A DNA stretch of 60,620 nt, filler included, from Squatina squatina (GCA_031763465.1; 3 parts of 3 records of this genome joined end to end with filler, not necessarily neighbours in it), one strand, 5' to 3'. Positions 36,301 to 49,284 are shown, numbered from the whole stretch's first letter. Notes: a model not told the origin generated them from the sequence alone. A program made the numbers and translations.

Positions 36301-36684
36301 CTGATCAATCTACAGGCATGGTGATTGACTCATCTTCATTGTTCCCATTCCGTACAAAGGATACAACATTTGGGACATGAGTGGAAAAGGCATGTTTCTC
36401 TCTGTTTATTGTTCACAGGCTTCCTCTTTAAGCATTTGCAGGAAGTATAACAAAACACTTGCATTTATACAGCATCTTTCATGACCTCAGATAATCCTAA
36501 AGTGCTTTNNNNNNNNNNNNNNNNNNNNNNNNNNNNNNNNNNNNNNNNNNNNNNNNNNNNNNNNNNNNNNNNNNNNNNNNNNNNNNNNNNNNNNNNNNNN
36601 NNNNNNNNTCCCCTGAGCTAGGTGCTGTTTGCTGCTTGAAGTGAAGACGCTGCGATTTGCGGGTCACCTGGTGTTTAAGGTTGA

Positions 36685-36850
36685 AGGTGACATCACGCGG
36701 CTTGTTTCTAATTAAGCGGCAAAACCGCGTCTGGCACACGTCAAGGACAAGGCGTGTCCGTTCCACCAGGCGCCGAGTGCGTCACACAATGGGGTCACAT
36801 GACAGATAACGCGTCAATTTCATTCACAAAGTCGTCCATAAAAAGGCAGA
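36685..36850 (+). promoter_or_regulatory. DUSP1 proximal promoter: CRE-like sites, E-box and TATA
   Basis: TGACATCA (36688), CACGTCA (36737), TGCGTCA (36778), GTCACATGAC (36794), CATAAAAA (36837). Confidence 0.7.
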
Positions 36851-37005
36851 CTGGAGCAGCGGGGGCCAGAACAAGGGCAAAGCCAGCCTGGAATCAAAGC
36901 CCAAAGAGAAGCGGCAAGCGCGCGCGTGTGTTTTTTTTTAAATCTGTATTAAACCAGAAGAAGCGGAGTGGGCTTCTTGTGAATCAACGGTCTAAATCAG
37001 CAATT

Positions 37006-37375
37006 ATGGTCATGATGGAAATCTCAAGTGTGAGCAATGAAACTCTCGGACAGCTTCTGAACGAGGATTCTTCTAAATGTTTGCTGCTAGACTGCCGATC
37101 TTTCTTCGCCTTCAACGCTTCGCATATTGTGAATTCACTCAATGTCCGTTTTAGCACCATAGTTAAACGAAGGGCTAAAGGGACAATGGGGCTCGAACAT
37201 ATTGTACCCAACGAAGAGTCTCGCAATAGTTTAGTTTCCGGTCTTTATTCTTTAGTAGTTGTATTTGATGAAAGGACCTATGAGTTTGATATGCTCAAAA
37301 AAGACAGCACGGTACTCTTGGCAGTCAATACGTTATGCAGACAATCCTATGGGGCAACGATTGTTTTTCTCCGAG
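37006..37375 (+). CDS. DUSP1: DUSP1/MKP-1 exon 1 (rhodanese/kinase-binding domain)
   Basis: MVMME...CLLLDCRSFFAFNASHI..NVRFSTIVKRRAKGTMGLEHIVPN...FLRG, then gtaag. Confidence 0.92.
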
Positions 37376-38091
37376 GTAAGTAAATAGAGTATCAAAAACT
37401 CTTGTCATATTGATGTACCCGTACCGTTCGTTACCTAAACGAAGTTTTAAACGCCGCATATATTGCTAGAACCATATAGCCCTTGTAATGTACGATCAAC
37501 CAGAACATCTGGTCATCTTGGTCCGATTTAAAATACTGTGTTCATAATCACTTAAACGAATTACAATTTGAGAGTTGAATATATGCGATGGTACTATCTT
37601 TTTGAACGTTGTATTTGTGTGTATAGGTCATTCTNNNNNNNNNNNNNNNNNNNNNNNNNNNNNNNNNNNNNNNNNNNNNNNNNNNNNNNNNNNNNNNNNN
37701 NNNNNNNNNNNNNNNNNNNNNNNNNNNNNNNNNNNNNNNNNNNNNNNNNNNNNNNNNNNNNNNNNNNNNNNNNNNNNNNNNNNNNNNNNNNNNNNNNNNN
37801 NNNNNNNNNNNNNNNNNNNNNNNNNNNNNNNNNNNNNNNNNNNNNNNNNNNNNNNNNNNNNNNNNNNNNNNNNNNNNNNNNNNNNNNNNNNNNNNNNNNN
37901 NNNNNNNNNNNNNNNNNNNNNNNNNNNNNNNNNNNNNNNNNNNNNNNNNNNNNNNNNNNNNNNNNNNNNNNNNNNNNNNNNNNNNNNNNNNNNNNNNNNN
38001 NNNNNNNNNNNNNNNNNNNNNNNNNACAGAAAGCGAAATGACATGTGGGTTTATTTGGAAACTGACGGGTGATGTTTTCTCTTCTCCGTAG

Positions 38092-38311
38092 GGTGGACCT
38101 GTAGAAATCCTCCCGTTCCTCTACCTTGGAAGTGCCTATCACGCGTCAAGGAAGGACATGCTGGATGCCCTGGGGATCACGGCCCTGATCAATGTCTCTG
38201 CCAACTGCCCGAACCACTTTGAGGAACATTATCAATACAAATGTATTCCTGTGGAGGACATTCACAAAGCCGACATCAGTTGCTGGTTCCTAGAGGCCAT
38301 TGAATTTATAG
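38092..38311 (+). CDS. DUSP1: DUSP1 exon 3 (exon 2 presumably in gap 37635-38026)
   Basis: GGPVEILPFLYLGSAYHASRKDMLDALGITALINVSANCPNHFE...KADISCWFLEAIEFI. 220 nt, AG/GT bounded. Confidence 0.93.
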
Positions 38312-38639
38312 GTAAATTGGGCTATTGTGTTCATATCATTTTAGTTTAGCAGATAGAAGTTTTAAAGACTTGAGTTGTGCCATCAGAATCGTGTAACTTG
38401 TTCAAATGTGTATCATTTCCATTCTCCTACCATGGGAGACTTGGAGGCGGGATTTGAGCTTCTCCAGAATGACCATCAATTACAATTTTAGTTTTTACTT
38501 TAAGCTTCATTCGCCATGCTTCCTGAAATCTTTGACATAGCCGAGGCTCAGTAATGGTTATACCAGTTAGTAAAACCTGTTAACTGGAAAAAAAAATATC
38601 TAGTCTCCGGTATTAAATCCGATCTGTTATTTCTTGCAG

Positions 38640-38739
38640 ACTCTGTGAAGAATACTGGTGGCAGGGTGTTTGTACATTGCCAAGCCGGGATCTCCCGATC
38701 TGCCACAATCTGCCTGGCTTATCTCATGAGGGCGAACCG
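38640..38739 (+). CDS. DUSP1: DUSP1 exon 4, partial, with the catalytic loop
   Basis: GGRVFVHCQAGISRSATICLAYLM (HCX5R motif). Cut by a gap. Confidence 0.93.
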
Positions 38740-39111
38740 NNNNNNNNNNNNNNNNNNNNNNNNNNNNNNNNNNNNNNNNNNNNNNNNNNNNNNNNNNNNN
38801 NNNNNNNNNNNNNNNNNNNNNNNNNNNNNNNNNNNNNNNTGGACAGTGGGAAGGGAGGAGGAGGTGTTGCATCTCCTGTGCTTGCACGAGAAGGTGCCGT
38901 GGGAAGGGGAGGGGGTGTTGGGGGTGAACATAACCATTTGTGCTTCATTTAACCAGTAATACCGTACTGTTGCTGCAGTACAGACCTCGGTTGGGACCCC
39001 TCTTGAATGGAAAGATCAGTGCTTTTACATTTAACTGTCTGAAAACTTGACCTCATCAGTGTCATTAGACCTTAAAGAACAGTAAGGCTCGAGGGATAAA
39101 AATATTGCTAT

Positions 39112-39300
39112 TCGGATAGCTCAATGGGTGATACTGAGCCATTCGGACTCGAAGGTGCAAATTTGACCCAGATCTGTGTTGAGTTAGTTGGTTTCAGCCA
39201 GAGACACTATAATTTGGCCTCAGACCTCCTGTGCCAAATTGGAGGAAAAATCAGCCAGCGATCGCGGTCCTGATCGCTCCTGAGTGACTCTGCCCCAAGG
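39112..39300 (+). mobile_element. Decayed SINE-like repeat (second family)
   Basis: tagctcaatggg head and similarity to 33060-33330. Confidence 0.45.
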
Positions 39301-39873
39301 TTTTGTTGTGCAGAGTAATTTTAACCAAACTCAGCAGCTGACTTCAATAAAATCAGGCAGGGTGTAAAGCCAGCGTTGCACCAGATTCCATGAGTTTCCC
39401 GACAGCCGGGTTAGGTTAAAATTGCCTCCATTGAGTGNNNNNNNNNNNNNNNNNNNNNNNNNNNNNNNNNNNNNNNNNNNNNNNNNNNNNNNNNNNNNNN
39501 NNNNNNNNNNNNNNNNNNNNNNNNNNNNNNNNNNNNNCTTGGACGGGAAAGGGGATGAAACCCCGCCTACAGGATGCAATCGGGATTTTTCCGACCCCTG
39601 CCTATCCAACCCACATTCAAGTTTCAAAGCGCGCTATCTTTGCTCTGCCGGAGCTCTTGGCTTGTTTGCTTTTAAACAACAACAAAAAAAGAGGTTGACA
39701 AGTCGGGGGGCAGAGGTATTCGTGCCAAGGGGTGGCTATCCAGTTGTACGATTGCACCCTTGTCACGGTCAGCGACTGGTCCCCAAGGAGCGGCAAAAAG
39801 TGTAAACTGATGAGAAAATAGAAGCAACCGCCGTTGGCACCATCACCACCTCGGCAAGAGACAGCAGACAGAC

Positions 39874-39988
39874 ATGGGGAACAGCAACTCCAGCTTACTG
39901 ACCCGTTCCACCTGGAGCAACGTCAACCTGGCGAGCAACAGCAGAGCGACTCCCGGGCTGCATTGCCATCAGGGGCACGTTCATCACT
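39874..39988 (+). CDS. Candidate first coding exon with N-myristoylation motif (possibly neuralized-family)
   Basis: gacATGG Kozak context; MGNSNSSLLTRSTWSNVNLASNSRATPGLHCHQGHVHH; gtgagt donor (phase 1); CpG-rich upstream. Confidence 0.5.
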
Positions 39989-40469
39989 GTGAGTTTCTGC
40001 TTCGTGCAATTTCACCCCGCTTTAATCCGCTTCCCACAATGTGCTGATGCAAAGCCGTTCCCCCAAAGCACCCGTTTGCCTGTGATATTTATAGTCTGTG
40101 ACCCTCAGTTGCTAAGTGATGGCGGTGGGGTGGGGGAAGAATTATCACCTTGTTGTTCATGGGAGCGAAAGGAGGGCAAATGCATGGTCAACAACACCGC
40201 TGGCGTGTTAACCAGCCAGTTGTGGAAAAATCCCCGAGATTATTTGAGATGTGGCAGTTGCGCTGTCTGGAAGCGCGGGTTTAGTTGCTGTTATTGTAAG
40301 AATGAATGTCAGAGTTCATGACAGCTGATAAGGTTTCCTTTCTTCCCAGGGTCCTAAAGGCAGCCAGGTTGTGGAGCGGTAGGAATAGAGAAGCTAGGTG
40401 TGGCCACAATTAGTAATAATTTCATCAATACAGTTTTTTAAAAATCCCTTCCTACAAGAATTTTCATGT

Positions 40470-40603
40470 TATTTGTTCTGGGATATGAGTATCGTTGGCA
40501 AGGCCAGCATTTATTGTCCATCCCTAATTGCTTTTGAGAAGGTGGTGATGAGCCACCTTCTTGAACCACTGCAGTCCATGTGGTGAAGGTACTCCCACAG
40601 TGC
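40470..40603 (-). mobile_element. Shark retroelement 3' tail
   Basis: Reverse complement of 3780-3905. Confidence 0.65.
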
Positions 40604-43159
40604 NNNNNNNNNNNNNNNNNNNNNNNNNNNNNNNNNNNNNNNNNNNNNNNNNNNNNNNNNNNNNNNNNNNNNNNNNNNNNNNNNNNNNNNNNNNNNNNNN
40701 NNNCTGACTTGCAATACTTCCAGATACAGTCCAGTTAAGATATTATTAAAGCTATTATTTTGCATAATTTTATCTTAAGTTTGTGCTTTTCGTTTCACCC
40801 AAAAAAATAATGCGACTATCTATAGTCCGCTTCTTTTGGTACAGTTTGGATCCATAAGCATTTATTTAAACAGTTTTCTGAATCACAGCACACTTTCAAA
40901 TATCCAATGCCACTCACCACCATCCTCACCTGGTAGTCAGATAATGATGCAGTATTTGTCATGATTGCTCTGGACAATGCAATTCTGTTGAAATGATGAA
41001 GGAAAAGAGAAGGTTCTTTATGTTGACTTTGTTCCAAGAGATTGGATGGTGTAGAATAGGAAGAGGCAACATCTGTGGATTTATTTCAAAAATGAGGTGG
41101 TTCATTAAACTCAGAGGAAGAAAAATTGTATCCGTGACTGGATGTGACAGTTCCGCTGCCACTCTCTCCCATGGCTGCTGTCAACAACATGCCTAAATCT
41201 TCAAACATATAATACTACTAAAGTAATACAATATAGAGTAAATGTATGCTCCTATAAATACCCTGTAATCAAAATGTTACGACGACAGCACCAATATGTA
41301 AATTAATGTACAATACAGGTTGGAGAAGAAATAAATGGGAAAGGAAACACAACTTTTAGTGAATAAGTAGTCGATTGGCCTTGTTTTTTGGGAAGTCTTA
41401 GTGAAGAACGTGCAACTCTTCTATTACCAGATCCACTCAGTCTTATTAAGTGTAAATTGTTTTGGTGTCAATACTCTGCAGAAACTAGCTGATGCAGAGG
41501 GCGAGACACTGACATTCCACCCTGAGGCTCAAATCCAGCCCAATCAGATAGGATGAAAATCTGCAAGCTGTGAAATGAGCTTCGACATCTCAAACCAGTT
41601 TCTAGTGGTTGTAGAAAGCTGGCACTAAATAGCACTAAACTGGCACTCTCACTTAGAATCCACAGAACAGGTGGTGTGGGAAATTGAAGGCTATCACACT
41701 GGAGCTCGAGGATATGGAGCATACTGTTTGGGCAGAGTAGAGGGAGTGCCACTGTGCGTCTAATCAGTATAATTGACCTGGAATTGCTAGATAATGAACC
41801 TTACAGTGATAGTAATTCTCACCTTGGCTGCCACAAAATTCATAATTAATATCCAAGGGTTCAGCCCACTAAGTGGTGCAGTACCACCATACTGCCAAAG
41901 GAGTCGCCAACACCTTTACCCTGCTTTAGAGGTCTGTCTTAGCAATGAGGACCAGTTTACTTGATATATAGTCAAACTAAAACTAAAGAATTATCCTAGC
42001 AGATTCTGTATTATAGTGTATAGGCATCATGGGCTCAAAACAGAAAAAGGCTGCAAATAATCCCATATATAAAACTGATACTACTAGTGATTGTCATTTT
42101 AGGTTGTGTACTGTTGAAATATATTGAAAATACAACTTTATATGGTTGCAATTTCTGAATGTGAAAGGCAGAGAGATTCTTTCCATGATGTTTGTTGCTA
42201 ATGTAGCAGCTTCACGTTATCAGTAACTAAGTGAACTGACTCCATTTTAAGTACATAATTTTATTTAATTTTAGTCACATTTTGCAGAGATGAAAGTACC
42301 ATGCTTGCCTCTGATGTGCATCAGGTGCACGTAATCCATATTATTAGGCACCGAGGCCCGCTCTGTGCATATCGTGCAGCTCATGCAGTGGGGAAGTGCC
42401 AATGGCACTGAGGTACATGCCTGGAGTGTAAACCTCGACTCAGTAAGGCCTAAAAAAAAGCACCCTCATTCATCAGATTATTCTAGTGAATCTTGATGTA
42501 CGCTTTCCATTGCTCTAATATCCTTCCTATAATTGGATGCTTAGAACTGTATACGTTATTCCAGTTGTGACCTAACCAATATCTTATGCAAATTCAATAT
42601 CACTTCCTTGATTTTTTTCTTCACTGGCTTTATGTTTAAAGCCCAGAATCCTATTTGACCTTTTATTATTTTTTCTACTTGTACTCCGACTTTTTAAGAG
42701 CTATGTACATGCACCCATAGATCTCTGTTTTCTTCACTAATTCTTACCATTTAGCGTATACTTCCTTTCACTATTTACTTTTCCAAAATGCAGTACTGTA
42801 CTTGACATTTNNNNNNNNNNNNNNNNNNNNNNNNNNNNNNNNNNNNNNNNNNNNNNNNNNNNNNNNNNNNNNNNNNNNNNNNNNNNNNNNNNNNNNNNNN
42901 NNNNNNNNNNCTCTTTGGGTGGATGGTGGACAAGATTTTAATCGGGCTGCTGACGCCTGTCTAATTTTGGTGACATCAGTGTTCCCTTTAACCATGCACT
43001 GGAAATAGCAGTTTTACTGTGAAATCTGAACAAAGTAAATGACTGGAAATCTCTTGTGAATTTGTGACTAAATCATTGTGAAAAAGTTTAAGTTAATTGT
43101 ACCAAAATAGTTTGAGAAACTGGGAAGAGAACCTGCTTTGTTATTCAATTGTATCATGA

Positions 43160-43705
43160 CTGATCTGTACCTGAACTCCATTTACCTGCCTTTGATCCGT
43201 ATCCCTTAATACCTTTACCTACAAAAATCTATTCATCACAGACTTGAAAATTTCAATTAGACCAGCATCCATAGCCTTTTGGGGAGAGAGTGCTAGATTT
43301 CCACTCACCTTTGTGTGGGAAAAGTGCTTCCTGATTTTATTTCTTAGCTCTAATTTTAATATTGTGCACCTTTGTTCTCACCAGTGGAAATAGTTTCTCT
43401 GTATCTACCCTGTTGTATATCTTTATTCTTTTAAGCACCTCAATTCAATCATCCCTCAACCTTCTAAATGCAAGGGAATAAAAGCCAAGTTTATGGAACC
43501 TTTATACCCTGGTCTTCTGCTAAATCTGCCCTGTATCTACTCTAAGGCCAGTATATCCTTCCTGAGGTGGGGAGCCCAAAACTGAACGCAGTATTCCAGA
43601 AGGGGTCTGATCAAGGCTCTGTTCAAGTGGAGCATCACTTCTTCCCCATCGTATTCCAGCCCCATTGAGATAAAGCCAATATTCCATTAGCCTTTTTGAT
43701 TACTA
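43160..43705 (-). mobile_element. CR1/L2-like LINE 3' fragment
   Basis: cccaaaactgaacgcagtattccaga (LEYCVQFW) and gccaatattccattagcct (KANGIL) motifs. Confidence 0.8.
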
Positions 43706-45659
43706 GCTTAATGTTTGCAGCTCTGGAAATGTTGTTGTTAGTACTTTTTATTGCTTTACAGCAATGTTAAAGCCGCATCCGCCACCAAATAGTAAAGTTC
43801 ATTACAACAGTGTTCCCCACCCAATAATGAGAACCAGAGGAATCAATTCAAAATTGGTCCATTATGAACTGCAAATAAGATTACAAAGTCAACACCTGCG
43901 AAAAGGTGTTCTTATGTTTACTCCGGTTGTGTCATCTCGTGTTTCACGATAAATGTTGTTACTCCAGCTGCAGATGGAGCTTGTACACGCAGGCACAGGT
44001 GCACACACACACACTGCTATACTTCAATTACCTTTATTGTAGATCACTACGTAATAGTTTCACAAACCCAGAGTAATCATACAGTGAGCACCTCGGTATT
44101 ACACTGAATTGGAATGGATGTGATTTATTCTGAGGGCATTGTAGAATGATTAATTGCCAACAATACAAGTTGGGGTAATGGAGACAATATTTGTCATGGA
44201 GAGGGAAACGGAAGTAATCAGTACGACCACGGTGTATTCTTCCTATTTAAATCAGACTCCTACCTCGCTGTTTTCATATGTCTTGTAAATCGACATATTG
44301 TGCAATAAAATGAATGAAAACGCTTAATAGGCTTGTTTAATTTTCTGTGTTCCAATTTTTGCAGGTTCAGATTAGAAATGATTGAAATAGTTTAAGTGGA
44401 GGGAGTTAGGCAAAGTTTCAGGAATATTTCAGATGCATTTCAGTAAAAGGTATTACTTTAGTTACAGCATACAAATTTATCTATGACCTTTTTAGGTGAC
44501 CTGTGCAAGGCTGCCGCCTGTTCTTCATATTGCTGAGTGGAGGGTGTATTTGTTTTTCCTTAATCTCTTATCTTTCACTTGTTCAATTTACTGTGTAAGC
44601 AACTTCAGTTTTAATACAAATGTGAGGAAGTGGTTGCATATTCCAAAGGGAACCAGAGATGATTGATTGTTTCCTTGTAAAATAATCATGCATCCATTTG
44701 CCGTCTAATACTGTTGCATGGGCCATGTGTAACCATTTCAAATGGGTAAAAGTAGTGCATGGGAAGNNNNNNNNNNNNNNNNNNNNNNNNNNNNNNNNNN
44801 NNNNNNNNNNNNNNNNNNNNNNNNNNNNNNNNNNNNNNNNNNNNNNNNNNNNNNNNNNNNNNNNNNCTACAAAAACTCTGGACAGACTCGTCGTGGAAAG
44901 AACAAATTCCAATTTAATAGTCCAGTGGAGTGGCAGGTTTTGTTATAATGAGCATTATAGCTTGTAGAGGTTGTGTAATGCAGACTGTATCTTTACTGAA
45001 CAGTTACAGACAGAGTGCATTCTGTACTTTATCTGCGTAACACCAGCCATGAGCCGCAGAGCCTGACCATTGAAGTCAGAATCTTATCTGCAGCAGGCAC
45101 AGTGGCTGCTTTGTTTGGCTAACGAGGCATGAAAGCATAAAATAAATTGTTTGGATTTCTCTGGATTTATTTTCAATACACTTGGGACAAACAGTGTTAT
45201 ATCAGATTTTAAAAATGTAATAATTTGTCTAGCTGCATATTTTTAAACATGGGAAGGTACTTAAATGTTTCTCAAGAGATGCAGAAGACATTGCCAAAAA
45301 TTTTGCCTGGGATCTTTCATAAGTTTTTTTTTTCATTTTCCCATCATTTAGTGGATGAATAGACTCAGAAAGTGGGGGTGTTTGTGAACTCTGGCAACCT
45401 TTTGTCTTTGTTTGTTCCCATATTTTGATCCTCTGGGGATGAGTGCTTGAAACCACAAATTGCTTGTTTCTCAGGCCTGGAAATTGTAGTTGGAATAGAA
45501 CTGAACTAGTTTAGTCCATAATGAGTAACCATATGGATTACATTGACACTTGGCTATAAATATACTGTTTCATGTTGTAAAAAAATTGAAACATGAAGTT
45601 TGAAACTTTGATATTCAGAGGCACGACACAAATGAAAAGAAAAGTGGAAATCCAGTTGA

Positions 45660-46430
45660 CATGGAGAACTATAAAAAGCAACCACGGGATACAAAGAAAG
45701 TATTAAGAGCTACAAAAAGGAATATGAAAAAAAAACCTTGAAAAGGATATCAAGGCTAACAGTAAAAGTTTTTATAAATATATTATGAGAAAGAGAATGG
45801 CTAAGGGAAATGTGGCCCCATTAAAAATAGACACAGGCAGTGCTGTAATTGACAATAAAGAAATGGCAGACTTGCTAAAGGAGTACTTTGCATCCGTCGT
45901 CATAGTTGAGGGATACGCTAAAGTACAAGAGATATGAGGAAAACTAAAACTAAATCAAGGGGAAGAGCTTGCTGGATTTAATATTATTTTTTAAAAATAG
46001 AGAAAATACTGAGACTGAAGATAAACAAATCTCCAGTATCTGATGGTTTCCAGCCCAGGGTATTAAAAGAAATAGATAAGGAAATTACAGATGAGTTACT
46101 CATATTCTTCCAAAGCTCTTGATCTGGGAATTGTGCCGCTGGATTGAATAATTGCAAAGATCACTCCATTATTTAAGAAGGGTGGGGGAGAGTAACTTAA
46201 TAACTACAGAGCTGTAAGTCTAATGTCAGTTGTGGGAAAGTTACTAGAATCTGTCATTTGGGACAGAGTGACTAAGCACTTGGACAAATTTGAGCTAATC
46301 AGAGAGAGTCAGCATGGATTTGTAGAGGGTAAGTCGTGCCTAGTTGAATTTTTTGAGAAGGTAACAATTGTGGGAGAGAAGGGAGTGTCTATGGACGTTA
46401 TTTCCATGGATTTTCAAGAAGGCATCCCAT
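45660..46430 (+). mobile_element. CR1 LINE ORF2, degenerate
   Basis: EMADLLKEYFASV; NYRAVSLMSVVGKLLES; SQHGFVEGKSCL. Confidence 0.9.
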
Positions 46431-46686
46431 AAAACGGTCAGTGACAACAGCAGAGAGAGGGAGAAGACTATGAAGGAACCAACTGCTTGCAAAAAAGCCT
46501 GACTGTTGTGTTTTTATAGCCATGTGCCTATAATATACGGCAAGCACTGCAAGTTCTGTCAGCAAAGTTTATTTTCCTGTAATCAGTGTCGTGGTGCAAA
46601 ATGTACAGACGACTTCCTGCCATTGTGGTCACTGGAAATCTANNNNNNNNNNNNNNNNNNNNNNNNNNNNNNNNNNNNNNNNNNNN

Positions 46687-46698
46687 TTAATTAATTAA
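46687..46698. other. Artificial scaffold linker TTAATTAATTAA
   Basis: Identical N44-linker-N44 construct to the one at 31478. Confidence 0.92.
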
Positions 46699-48112
46699 NN
46701 NNNNNNNNNNNNNNNNNNNNNNNNNNNNNNNNNNNNNNNNNNGAGTAGGCCATTTGGCCCTTTGAGCCTGCACCGACATTCAATATGATCATGTTCTCAG
46801 GTCTCAAATAATGACATCCTTTAGTAACTGAAATGCGTGGGAGAATAGTGTGAGGTGTCTCGCCTTTCCTTCCCCCTCTGTAATGAAGTGTTTCACCTCC
46901 ATCTACTGCTTCATACAGATGACCCAGTTGCAACTGAGAAATCATTATGCAGAAAATCAGAGCAAACCTACATTTTGCCATTCTGCGATATCAGTTCCAC
47001 AGGCCACCCATTTTTTCTGTGTACTTTAAAAAAAAAATGTGTGTATATTTTTTAAATTGGGCAGTAGATTTAGCAGAATAGAAAATATTAGCACTGTGGT
47101 GCTGGATTTGGGAAGTATGCAAGAAAATGTACTTGCTGCTTTTTCTTTATAAGAAAGGGAATCAAAGTCCATTAACTTTAACCACCCCAATATTACTAAA
47201 TGGAAAAAAAACTTTGAAGATCTTTCCAAAAAAAGGTATCCATCCACTATAGGAAACACTGGTGCTGCTGGAATTTGCTGCTCCTTTCAGCTCTGATGCT
47301 CAAATGATGAATCAGCCTTTTAGCGGAAGAGAAACAAAATGTGAGATTGTTATGTTCCTTCCTGTTACTCAACTCATTTTCTAGATGGTAGAGCTGGTTA
47401 CCAACTATCGTGTAGATGGGACATCTTCTGTGTTTAAAACTAGGAATTTCCTTTCTGAACAATTCCAAGAGGCAAGCTCTGATGACTAAATTATTTTTAA
47501 ACTTCTAACTGCTTTACATGCTTTTATATTAGGAGTAGACCAATACTCTTTGTAGAACTGCACAAATACAATTTTGTTGAGGAGACTCGTTCCCCTTCAA
47601 TTATTTCAAGAGACAATTTGTTCCAATCAAAGTTATTAAAAAATCATGTTTAATCCNNNNNNNNNNNNNNNNNNNNNNNNNNNNNNNNNNNNNNNNNNNN
47701 NNNNNNNNNNNNNNNNNNNNNNNNNNNNNNNNNNNNNNNNNNNNNNNNNNNNNNNNGCCAGCATTTTTCCCCACTGGGACCTGGGGGCAGGGCTGCGGCT
47801 TGCGCATACGCGGTCGCCACGCCACAGCAGTGATGTGGCATTAGCCGGATCAACGCTGTGGCAATGCTCGTTTAGCATTCCTATGGTATGCAAAACGTGT
47901 TTGAATAATGAAAACCCATTTGAAATATAAGGTGTACAAGCATAACATGAGATATGTTATTTGTAGTTGTGCTGTGATGCACTTAAAATCACACTTTGAG
48001 TTAGGGGAACCAGGGTAATCAACCTATAATTGTGCTATGCTCTATATTGAAATTGATACCCAGTGACATTGATAGGCTATCTACATTATAATTGATTTTG
48101 TTTTAATTCCAG

Positions 48113-48305
48113 CTCACTCATTCAAGTAGATGGTGCCGTTTTACATGCTATTGAATCTGTCGTCATTGATTGGACACATCAAGTGAAAGACGTATTAAAC
48201 AAGGATTCAGCACAATCTTTGTTGGATGGCTTAAACCCTCTGCCTAGAGAAGAGATTGATTTCTGGGACTTAAGACTGAAGGATCTAAAATGCCTTAATG
48301 AACAG
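48113..48305 (+). CDS. DNAH17: Axonemal dynein heavy chain exon, N-terminal tail
   Basis: VLHAIESVVIDWTHQVKDVLNKDSAQSLLDGLNPLPREEIDFW. AG/GT bounded. Closer to DNAH17 than DNAH9 by recall. Confidence 0.78.
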
Positions 48306-49284
48306 GTGATCATAAATGTTCACATTTAAAATAAGACAGTAAATCGATCAGAAACCTCACGTTTTATTGGTTACAAATTTTACAGAGCCCTGTAAAGTCT
48401 TGCAACATTAGTACTTTAGGGAACATTCAACACAACCCCAACTGCCTACAAATATGAAAATCAACATCAATTTGCCACAGAGGTTTAATGATCTGACCAG
48501 GTAAAGAGGTTACATTCAGTAATGTATTTGCTTCATGGGTTCTTCGCTTAAGAATTCATAGCTACACATTGTTGTAAAGAACTAGCTGGTTTATTAGCAA
48601 AATTTTAACGAACAAACTAAACACTCTCAGTTCATATAAACAACTGCATGCCTCCTTGTAGAGAACCTGAACTCAATTGACTGGGGTTTTACTGAGTCCT
48701 GTGAACATCATGTGATTGGCTAAGCCATTCACAATGCAACAGTTCCCCCAGCCCTTTGAGCATGCTCAAAGGTGCATACATTGCACATTTGTTTTGCATT
48801 GATGTTGATTTTGAATTCATAGTTATGCAAGAGGAAAATCAATGTGGTAGAAGTGTTTGAGAGCTTTCAGAAGGTGTGTGNNNNNNNNNNNNNNNNNNNN
48901 NNNNNNNNNNNNNNNNNNNNNNNNNNNNNNNNNNNNNNNNNNNNNNNNNNNNNNNNNNNNNNNNNNNNNNNNNNNNNNNNCCCAATAGGGCGACTGCCGT
49001 GTGCCGCGCTTGAAGCAATGCGGCTGCCATTTTTTTTCTTCAATTTCTAGGCCAACAGATCAGAATATTTGTGCCAGCAGTAAATGTATGTGGTTAATGC
49101 CACGTAAGTATCTGAAAATACTTTTGCAATGTACATGAGTACCTGCTCTATTTATATCACAATATGAACTTAAGTGAATACGGGGGAAAATGTTTGTTGC
49201 AAGAGTTTGTTAATATTAGGCTTGATTGTGAATATAGCAGTGAAAGCATTTACTTTTATTAATATTAAGTGCATTTGATTACAG

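Noticed and set aside
36754-37005. N-terminal extension of DUSP1 in the ORF track
   Set aside because: It starts at a non-ATG codon upstream of the TATA box. The homologous start is MVM at 37006.
47060-47490. Exon-like stretches upstream of the dynein exons
   Set aside because: In-frame stops and no recognisable match to the dynein N-terminus or any other protein.
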